DNA of 64,000 bases from Chitinophaga pinensis (lineage in GTDB: Bacteria; Bacteroidota; Bacteroidia; NS11-12g; UBA9320): contig CAMDGU010000007.1 in NCBI GenBank assembly GCA_945897885.1, positions 6,796 through 70,795 of the forward strand, given 5' to 3'. The position numbers and the translations under genes are program-made. Of this stretch, positions 18,601 through 24,788 are shown in pieces. How positions within the stretch are numbered: the stretch's first letter is position 1; every line of letters starts with the position of its first letter. A model generated the notes under the pieces. It searched no databases, was not told the origin of the DNA, and saw nothing but the letters and a program-made list of their open reading frames with translations.

Positions 18601-20515
18601 TATACGCATCCCATCTTATGGTTTGGGCCACACCGGCTGATGATGGTGGAGGAAACGATTCCTGCCCATTGGGGTAAGTTACCGTTACACCAGTATTTAC
18701 CATATCCCAGGTTAACGAATAATTTTGAAACGAGGTAGTAACCCGTTTGCCCTTTACCATTATTATCAATCTTCCTGAGGGTGGATTATCGATGGTTACT
18801 TGTTCAATATTATTTAAACTATCCCTTCCTCTTTGTGCTATGGCATTATGCGATACAGTATCCAAAACCCAGGCTTTGTAGGTAGTGCCCGAACTGTCAA
18901 TTACAGTTAAATCCAAGTCATTTATCAAACAGGGTTTGGCCGGAATTGAAGCCGCTTTATCGCTCCAGCACAGCATAATTTTAAGTTTATGCAATCCTTT
19001 AGGAATTTTTAAAGTATCATAATCGGTGTTGTTTTGCTTTATCGAATCCAGTTGAAACGCCTTTTTATCAATTAAATCAATAGCCCGTTTTCCATTGATA
19101 CGTCCAAAACCGTATCTAAAATCAGGACCGGCATTTCCTATGTCATCGGCCGAATTGGCCATAAAATTTTTAGCCAAATGGGCATCGGGCAATACACTGT
19201 ATTTTTTAAAGTAATATTCATACAAAAGTGCCGTAGTTCCACTGGCACCGGGGCAAGCCATACTGGTTCCATTCCATCCACCTTGATAAGTATTGCCCTG
19301 AATAGTACTGTAAACATTTACCCCCACAGCACTTACTTCCGGTTTTATTCTACCATCGCGGGTAGGCCCGCAACCGCTAAAACCTGCATCACCGTCTATA
19401 CTGGTAACTGCCGCTACTGCCATCACATTTTTGGCACATTGAAAACCGCTGTTCACCGTTTTAAAACCACCTGAACGGCAATTATCACCACGTGAGTTTC
19501 CGGCAGCAAACACATGCAATAGATTTGGATATTTTTCAACTATTAAATCCAACTCGCGACTGGTTGCATCATAATTTCCACGCAACACGCAAGGGTCATC
19601 ACTTGGACTATAAGCATACGAATTTTGGGTTAAAGTATATCCATATTTTTTATAGTTGGTATCCATTTCAGTGGTTATATCCCCATAAAAATCCCAGCTG
19701 TAAATTCTTGCCTTAGGAGCCATTCCTTTGGCATCGGGTTCAATGTTTCCGGCACCTGCCATAGTTCCGCAAACGTGAGTAGCGTGGCTACTAATGCCAT
19801 ATAGTTTTTTTACTACTGTAAGGCGGCTGTTATAATCTTCATGACTGCCCACATCGCCTCCATCCCACTCTCCCATTTTTATTCCTTCACCAGTTAGTCC
19901 TTTTCCCGGGCGGCTATTATCCCCTATCACATTGACTCGATGGTTGGTTCTTTCTACAAAATTATTGGTTACCAGTTTTCCGTAAGCCGGCTCGGCCCAG
20001 TATATTTCAGCTATATTCAAAAGGGATGAATAGTCTTGCTTAGCTTTTATATAAATCGTTTGAAACCCTTGGTAATGGCGTGATACAACAAATCCACTTA
20101 ATTCTATTTGTTTTAAAATTTTGGCAATATCGGCTGTTTCAAAATACACCAGTTTTATTTCCGTTACCGAACGGTTAATCCACGCTGCAAGGTCCGTTTT
20201 CATGGCCGGGGTAATTTTTAAAATTCCTACTACGATTTGGGGTAATTGTTCTTTAGTAAAATTACTGGGCAATGCCGCATAAAAGCTGTTGTCAGGCAAA
20301 TAATCCAATAGGCGTATTCCGGTTTGCGTATAAAAAGTATCCGTATTGGGCAGTGTTTTAAACTGCAAAATAACAAACCTGTCTTGGGCAGTAAGGGTTG
20401 CTTTTTCAACCGGTACAGGAAAATAATCACCTGATTTAAGATGAACCGGAGATATGGATTGAGCAAAAACCGATGAGAAATAGCTTAAGATAAAAGTGAG
20501 TAGAATTAGCCGCAT
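15659..20515 (-). CDS. S8 (subtilisin-like) serine peptidase with repeated Ig-like domains and a type A T9SS C-terminal sorting domain
   Basis: 1618 aa. Signal peptide. His motif HATHVCGTMAG, Ser motif GTSMACPGASG. At least five ~85-aa repeats carrying C.G....L.A.A.GG...Y.Y.W. C-terminal Por-secretion tail (...ISPNPNNGKFNL...GIYLLKV...). Confidence 0.8.
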   Translation of the reverse strand: MRLILLTFILSYFSSVFAQSISPVHLKSGDYFPVPVEKATLTAQDRFVILQFKTLPNTDTFYTQTGIRLLDYLPDNSFYAALPSNFTKEQLPQIVVGILKITPAMKTDLAAWINRSVTEIKLVYFETADIAKILKQIELSGFVVSRHYQGFQTIYIKAKQDYSSLLNIAEIYWAEPAYGKLVTNNFVERTNHRVNVIGDNSRPGKGLTGEGIKMGEWDGGDVGSHEDYNSRLTVVKKLYGISSHATHVCGTMAGAGNIEPDAKGMAPKARIYSWDFYGDITTEMDTNYKKYGYTLTQNSYAYSPSDDPCVLRGNYDATSRELDLIVEKYPNLLHVFAAGNSRGDNCRSGGFKTVNSGFQCAKNVMAVAAVTSIDGDAGFSGCGPTRDGRIKPEVSAVGVNVYSTIQGNTYQGGWNGTSMACPGASGTTALLYEYYFKKYSVLPDAHLAKNFMANSADDIGNAGPDFRYGFGRINGKRAIDLIDKKAFQLDSIKQNNTDYDTLKIPKGLHKLKIMLCWSDKAASIPAKPCLINDLDLTVIDSSGTTYKAWVLDTVSHNAIAQRGRDSLNNIEQVTIDNPPSGRLIIMVKGKRVTTSFQNYSLTWDMVNTGVTVTYPNGQESFPPPSSAGVAQTIRWDAYNLTGNAKIEYSDDKGTTWKTVVSSVSVAQKYYTWSNASDTINTNTALIKITAGSYTDMSDTTFTIYKIPSTLVGIICDSQVHFRWPKQKDAVAYKLYQLKVGEMKPVYTGTDTFFTVKALNNGVAYCFSLSSISKSGGESQRMVAKSFTPVSTVKPPRITLDLLDVAGCKNTNLVLKSTFTGTATITALWQRSNNKGTTWNTLTGRVSDTLLLNKPTFAQNAWKYRRVHYNACEGRVYTKEAIVEIDTAVPYFTVPKDTLGCIGAPFTLKIHNLKSVSKPFVNWIYNYNIIMDPFIYIKQSYEPFIKFDKLTTTQNQSTAVRAYNGCGFMGYNVIDVTVAPKLSISWKDFDTICLGKQYTLKPKITGGNTAWYKHKWAGPGVSSTKEWIFVKPDTSTLYYYTLNDGGCSVDSIKDSIYITVRPKLELFTSGDTTICAGTPALLSAWAKGGNGKYKFTWNNGLPVSKQHQVWPAKTTVYYITLSDSCSSANPLDSIVVKVLPSLKVQLGATKDTLCIGQNTTITATATGGKRKGYVFFWSNNQTDSVINVSPIVTTTYYLTFKDGCSNEIVNDSIKIKVREPLSLKITAPDTVCSNLPFIISADATGGNAPNYKINWNRFSTSGNLKIDSTKVGVWEKAVLTDNCTSLPEIDSVWVDVYELPKIIAAKDTTLCFGQKHTFYFLNYGGKPPVNYWWELNKALINQPIVIIEPTQQGQLNYISVIKDGCGFSQQDTTTINVLEKLDITPKSIQKCSHQDSVILFKSSGGLPALTQLTWLDGTQGFSKSFKEKASKNYAVIANDGCSDTAMFAIPVVVDEFGVNDFKIESVIDKTVTLKATVLQQTVDWDFGDGDSKNTNDTLVEKIYEDYNSYTICRKQTDRIGCTSIICKNVDVINVMKNEWFIMTISPNPNNGKFNLLFNKIPGNLKVEVVDELGKLLFSQSSLNYVGTSFDINIGSVAAGIYLLKVTMNEETVIRKIVVK

Positions 20516-20607
20516 AAATAAAATTAAATTTCAAAGGTAAATAAAATTGACTAAAATTTTTAGGATTGTAGGATTATGCTACAAACCCGTTACAATCCAT
20601 TGGGTTT

Positions 20608-20672
20608 GTCATTCCGAGGCACGAGGAATCTCTTTTAATAATCATTCAGATTCCTCCTTTCGTCGGAATGAC
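20608..20672. repeat. family-2 imperfect hairpin repeat
   Basis: gtcattccgaggcacgaggaatc-[18 nt]-gattcctcctttcgtcggaatgac. 10-bp outer stem, 7-bp inner stem, internal mismatch bubble. Confidence 0.7.
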
Positions 20673-20830
20673 AAAACAATCAGGAGGATACATTTTTTAA
20701 AGATAAGATGCTTCGCGTCTAATATAGTATTGCAAAAAAAATGCGATGCTTCGCGGCTACCGATTACAATTGCCCTAAATAAAAAAGACACAAAGTATTG
20801 AGTCTCTAAGGAAACAATAAAATCACATGC

Positions 20831-21063
20831 TTAAATGAGAACTTGTAGTAAAAAATGCCCCATAGGGGCTACCTATTTGTAACCATTTTTAGTGGTTTTG
20901 TTTTTGTTCCGTAGGAGCTACCCTGTTCCTGTTTTTTTTATTGGGCAGCCCCTAAGGGGCTGCGACCTCCAACACCTTTCTTTCTACAAACATTTAGCCC
21001 CGATGGGGCATAGTATTGGTTATAAAATTTATCTATAAAAAGTAGAGACGAGATGCTTCGTAG
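20831..21063. repeat. REP/BIME-like cluster, copy A1 of a ~200-bp direct repeat
   Basis: Contains gccccataggggctacc, ccgtaggagctaccc, gcagcccctaaggggctgc, ttctacaaacatttagccccgatggggc and gtagagacgagatgcttcg. About 85-90% identical to 21253-21470. Confidence 0.65.
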
Positions 21064-21100
21064 TTAACGATTAGTATCATTCCCAGTTACTCCAATCTTT

Positions 21101-21203
21101 GTCATTCCGAGGCACGAGGAATCTCTTTTAATAATCATTCAGATTCCTCCTATAGTCGGAATGACAAACCCAGGCACTTTGTCATTCCGAGGCACGAGGA
21201 ATC
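21101..21203. repeat. family-2 hairpin repeat, one full copy plus a half copy
   Basis: 21101-21165 is a full copy (gtcattccgaggcacgaggaatctc...gattcctcctatagtcggaatgac). 21181-21203 carries a second left arm only. Confidence 0.7.
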
Positions 21204-21252
21204 TCAAAGCAATTCTTTCTATAGATACTAAACGGCAATAAATATCAAGTTT

Positions 21253-21470
21253 TAATGAGAACTTACAGTAAAAAATTCCCCATAGGAGCTACCTATTTGT
21301 AACCATTTTTAGTGGTTTTGTTTTGCTCCGTAGGAGCTACCCTATTCCTGCTTTTTTATTGGGCAGCCCCTACGGGGCTGCGGCCACCTAAGAACTTTCT
21401 TTCTACAAACATTTTGCCCCTATGGGGCTGTGAATTGGTTCATAAAACAGTAGAGACGAAATGCTTCGCA
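21253..21470. repeat. REP/BIME-like cluster, copy A2
   Basis: Same order of GTAG-containing palindromes as A1 (ccccataggagctacc, ccgtaggagctaccc, gcagcccctacggggctgc, ttctacaaacattttgcccctatggggc). Confidence 0.65.
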
Positions 21471-21494
21471 TATAATCAATATAGTATTGCAATA

Positions 21495-21520
21495 AAAAAG
21501 ACGCAAACATTGCGTCTCTA
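21495..21520 (-). terminator. intrinsic terminator of the XRE gene
   Basis: On the minus strand this reads agacgcaa-tgt-ttgcgtct followed by a T-run. It lies 33 nt after the XRE stop. A degenerate duplicate sits at 20776-20800. Confidence 0.55.
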
Positions 21521-21552
21521 ACTTCTTAATATAAAAAAATCTACCGCATCAT

Positions 21553-21771
21553 TTACCCGCACAAATCATCAATACTTACATCCAAAACTTTGGCTATGGT
21601 ATAAAGGGTAGAGATGGAACTGTTCAAACTTCCTCCTTCTATACGAACAATTTGCGACCGCATAACACCGCATTCAAACGCCAATTGGTCTTGGGTAAGA
21701 TTCTGAACTTTACGCAGTTCTTTTACCCTGTTTCCAATCCGTTTTAATAACGCTTCGTCCCGCAATTGCAC
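21553..21771 (-). CDS. XRE-family HTH transcriptional regulator
   Basis: 72 aa. LTQDQLAFECGVMRSQIVRIEGGSLNSSISTLYTIAKVL. Confidence 0.8.
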   Translation of the reverse strand: MQLRDEALLKRIGNRVKELRKVQNLTQDQLAFECGVMRSQIVRIEGGSLNSSISTLYTIAKVLDVSIDDLCG

Positions 21772-21805
21772 GGCAACGAAATTTGAGATAAATAAAAAAT
21801 AGTTT

Positions 21806-21821
21806 GAAGCAAATTTGCTTC
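21806..21821. promoter_or_regulatory. 16-bp perfect palindrome, candidate XRE operator in a divergent promoter region
   Basis: gaagcaaatttgcttc is its own reverse complement. It lies between the XRE start (21771, minus) and the adhesin start (21886, plus). Confidence 0.45.
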
Positions 21822-21885
21822 TTATTAAAACTTGGCTTTTATTCGATGTTTAATTTTAAAACTCCTTTTACTATATATTTGACAA

Positions 21886-22242
21886 ATGAAATTTCTTAAA
21901 CTAAGTTTCTTCTTTCTAATTGCGCTTATTGGCAATTCATATACATCTAAGGCTACTCATTTAATGGGAGGTCAGATTACTTATAAGAGTGTTGGAAAGT
22001 ATAAATATGAAGTATATTTTGATTTTTATAGGGATTGCAGGGGAATTCCCTTTTCAGGTGTAAACTGCAGTGTAATTGATGTCCAGAAAGGTACTACAAT
22101 ATACAGTAGCGTCTCTTTAACTTTAGTTAGTATAACCGATGTTACACCGACTTGTATTACTACTGCAAAAAATGCTATCCAGCAAATAAAACAAGTGGTA
22201 AAGGTGTCGAAAAACACAGCTATAAAGCTACTATTGATTTAA
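21886..22242 (+). CDS. N-terminal fragment of a giant T9SS adhesin-like protein
   Basis: Signal peptide, then ATHLMGGQITYK...YEVYFDFYRDC, as in the N-domains of Bacteroidota gliding-associated surface proteins. The useful frame is lost at the A6 tract 22167-22172. Confidence 0.55.
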   Translation: MKFLKLSFFFLIALIGNSYTSKATHLMGGQITYKSVGKYKYEVYFDFYRDCRGIPFSGVNCSVIDVQKGTTIYSSVSLTLVSITDVTPTCITTAKNAIQQIKQVVKVSKNTAIKLLLI

Positions 22243-24740
22243 CTACAGCGGCAAAGAATGGAGTTTGCAAAGTACAAATTGGAGCCGGACAATGTTGCCG
22301 AAATAGTGATATAACTACTGGAGCTACAAGTCAAAATTTTTGGGTATGGAGTATGATAGATTTGTGTAAATGGTATAAAAACAGTTCGGCTATTTCTTAC
22401 ACCGAGCCAATACCTATTTTAAAATGCAATCAACCAGTGCACTATAACATTGCTGCTCGCGATTTTACAGATAATGATTCTTTGGTGTATGAATTAGTTG
22501 ACCCCATGACAGATTGGTCTGGAAAAACTTATTGGGTTGGAGGCAAAAGTTCCACAATTCCATTTTCCGTTTATTGCAAAGGGTCATGTACACCAGCTGC
22601 TCCGAAAGCAACGCCTCCAAGCGGATTCTACTTGGATAGATTTAAAGGTGATATGGTTTTTACCCCTACGGATTGCAACGAATCAACCATTGCTGCTGTT
22701 CGAATCTATGATTATCACAAAGATTCTGCTACCGGTAAATATGTATTGGTAGGATATGTAACCCGAGACCTTCAATATTGGGTAACTAACATGGCTGACA
22801 ATAGTGTTCCCTCTGTTAATGGTCCTGATAACATTTATCTGTCCGATAGTACCGAATCCAAATTCACTTATAAAACTTCGGATAATATAATTATTCCAAA
22901 AACAGGTTCTCCTATTTTAAATGATACTGTAAATTTCACGATGCCTGCATTTGTTCCATTGCAATCAACAACTGCATCGTTTACATTAATAGATAAAACA
23001 GCTAAAAATCCATCGGCCATTTTTAAATGGAAACCTATGGGCTTAAATAATACCAAGCCTTATTTATTGGTATTACAAGCGCGGGATAACAATTGTGATT
23101 ACAATGCTATAACCCATAAATCAATAAATGTATGGGTTAGAAAAAAAGCTGAACTAGACTGGGTAGAAGGAACTGTTTTTTATGATGCCAATAAAAACTG
23201 CAAACGCGATAGTTTTGAGTATACCATTCCAGGAGGACAGGTATCAGCCGATTCAGGATTATCAGTAGCTTTTATGGCCGATTCATCAGGACACTTTGGT
23301 GGCTGGCTTCCCGCCAATACATACTATTTTAGTGTGACGGGTAAATATGCCTCGTTTGTTTGCAATAAGTCGCAAACGGTAACGGCAGGAAAAACCTATT
23401 CATTAGAATTAGGCGGTATGCCAAGTATGGTTTTAAGTGGCTCGGTATATTCCGACACCTTAAAAAACTGCAAGGCTGATAGCTTGGAGGCTCGTTTAAA
23501 AAATCAGTTTGTTTACACAGAACCAGGAGATTTTTCATCGTCTACAGATAGTAAGGGGCAGTGGGAACTCAAAGTACCTGCGGGTGATTACAAAGTAAAG
23601 GTTTATCCCAAACGTGTTTTCACTTTTGTAAAATGCCCTACAAATCCTTATAACGTTAGCATCTTTAATGATACGCTTTTCAAAAATTTGGATTTTGCCA
23701 TTTATGATTCAGCGAATATAACAGAACTCTCTGCCTCCTTGCTTTCTAGCCAAAATTATAGAAGGGGCTTTCATACAAAAGCCTCCATTGTAGTAAAAAA
23801 CAATGGAAATAAAACCATATCAAATGCTAACGTATGGATTAAGTTCAGCAAAAAATTGAAATATGATACGGCTGTTAAAGCTTTAATAAAAAATGATACT
23901 TTAATAAAGTTTTCAGTACCTACTTTAAAAATGGACGAATACACTTCCTTCACTATTTCTTTTAAAGCCGATACTGCCACCACAAAATTAAACGACACTA
24001 TGACCAACCATGTGTGGCTTGATACTGCTGGAATATCAAAGGATGTAGTAAAAACGAACAATTATGATAAACAGCTTATAAAAATAGTAGCCGCGGTAGA
24101 CCCAAACATTAAAGAAGAACACCTTACCAATGGCTTTGCCTGGCGTGAAGGAAATAAATTGAGGTGTTTTGTTCAGTTTCAAAACACAGGCACCGATACC
24201 GCTGTAAATATAACGGTGGTTGATACCCTACATTATGCTTTACTGGCCCAAACTCTTACTTTTAACGGAGCCAGCCATGCCTATGATTACAGCCTCAATA
24301 CCAATGTGCTTAAAGTTACCTTCCCCAATATTTATTTGGTAGATACCTCGGTAAGCAAAGAACAAAGTATTGGTCATTTTGATTTTTCGATAGACATTAA
24401 TCCGGCAATGAATAAAGATATACAATTCAGCAATCAGGCTGAAATATACTTTGATTTTGCAAAACCTGTAGCAACCAATAAACGCTATATTACCTATACC
24501 AGCTATGTAAAAACAGGACAAACCAATAAATCAGCCTACTGCTCATACGATACTATCAAGGTGGATTATGCTTCTAAATTTAATTTTAAAAGCGGCAATA
24601 AATTTAAACTAATACTATCCGACAAATCAGGCTCCTTTAATTCGGGTACAAAAATTATTGACTCTGTTAGTTCTACAAAAGCAGACGGAAGTTTTAAATT
24701 AATTATGCCTTCGGGAATTGGAGAAAGTAATTCCTATTAA
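22152..24740 (+). CDS. middle fragment of the same adhesin-like protein
   Basis: Continues the family motifs downstream of the A6 tract (CYPAN...VEKHSYKATIDL...GAGQCCRNSDI). ORF start is a TTG artefact. Ends at an in-frame TAA (24738-24740). Confidence 0.55.
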   Translation: MYYYCKKCYPANKTSGKGVEKHSYKATIDLTTAAKNGVCKVQIGAGQCCRNSDITTGATSQNFWVWSMIDLCKWYKNSSAISYTEPIPILKCNQPVHYNIAARDFTDNDSLVYELVDPMTDWSGKTYWVGGKSSTIPFSVYCKGSCTPAAPKATPPSGFYLDRFKGDMVFTPTDCNESTIAAVRIYDYHKDSATGKYVLVGYVTRDLQYWVTNMADNSVPSVNGPDNIYLSDSTESKFTYKTSDNIIIPKTGSPILNDTVNFTMPAFVPLQSTTASFTLIDKTAKNPSAIFKWKPMGLNNTKPYLLVLQARDNNCDYNAITHKSINVWVRKKAELDWVEGTVFYDANKNCKRDSFEYTIPGGQVSADSGLSVAFMADSSGHFGGWLPANTYYFSVTGKYASFVCNKSQTVTAGKTYSLELGGMPSMVLSGSVYSDTLKNCKADSLEARLKNQFVYTEPGDFSSSTDSKGQWELKVPAGDYKVKVYPKRVFTFVKCPTNPYNVSIFNDTLFKNLDFAIYDSANITELSASLLSSQNYRRGFHTKASIVVKNNGNKTISNANVWIKFSKKLKYDTAVKALIKNDTLIKFSVPTLKMDEYTSFTISFKADTATTKLNDTMTNHVWLDTAGISKDVVKTNNYDKQLIKIVAAVDPNIKEEHLTNGFAWREGNKLRCFVQFQNTGTDTAVNITVVDTLHYALLAQTLTFNGASHAYDYSLNTNVLKVTFPNIYLVDTSVSKEQSIGHFDFSIDINPAMNKDIQFSNQAEIYFDFAKPVATNKRYITYTSYVKTGQTNKSAYCSYDTIKVDYASKFNFKSGNKFKLILSDKSGSFNSGTKIIDSVSSTKADGSFKLIMPSGIGESNSY

Positions 24741-24788
24741 TTAAAAGTTGTTTCAACTAGCCCGGCAGGAACCGTATTTGAAGATGGC

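Noticed and set aside
20547-20801. ORFs 20547..20801 (+) and 21312..21521 (+) in the repeat gap
   Set aside because: Both lie wholly inside hairpin or REP repeats, have no start context, and their translations follow the repeat sequence. Treated as non-coding.
20831-21470. Possible CRISPR array, suggested by the direct repeats
   Set aside because: Only two repeat copies of ~200 bp each, separated by other repeats and not by unique spacers. No cas genes. The internal structure is made of REP-like palindromes.
22152-22160. TTG at 22152, GTG at 24789, GTG at 30487 and TTG at 12083 taken as independent gene starts
   Set aside because: All are alternative-codon starts reported by the ORF track. 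Each downstream ORF continues the upstream reading frame or motif series and lacks its own signal peptide, or a better ATG exists downstream. I treat them as artefacts of ORF calling at disrupted genes.
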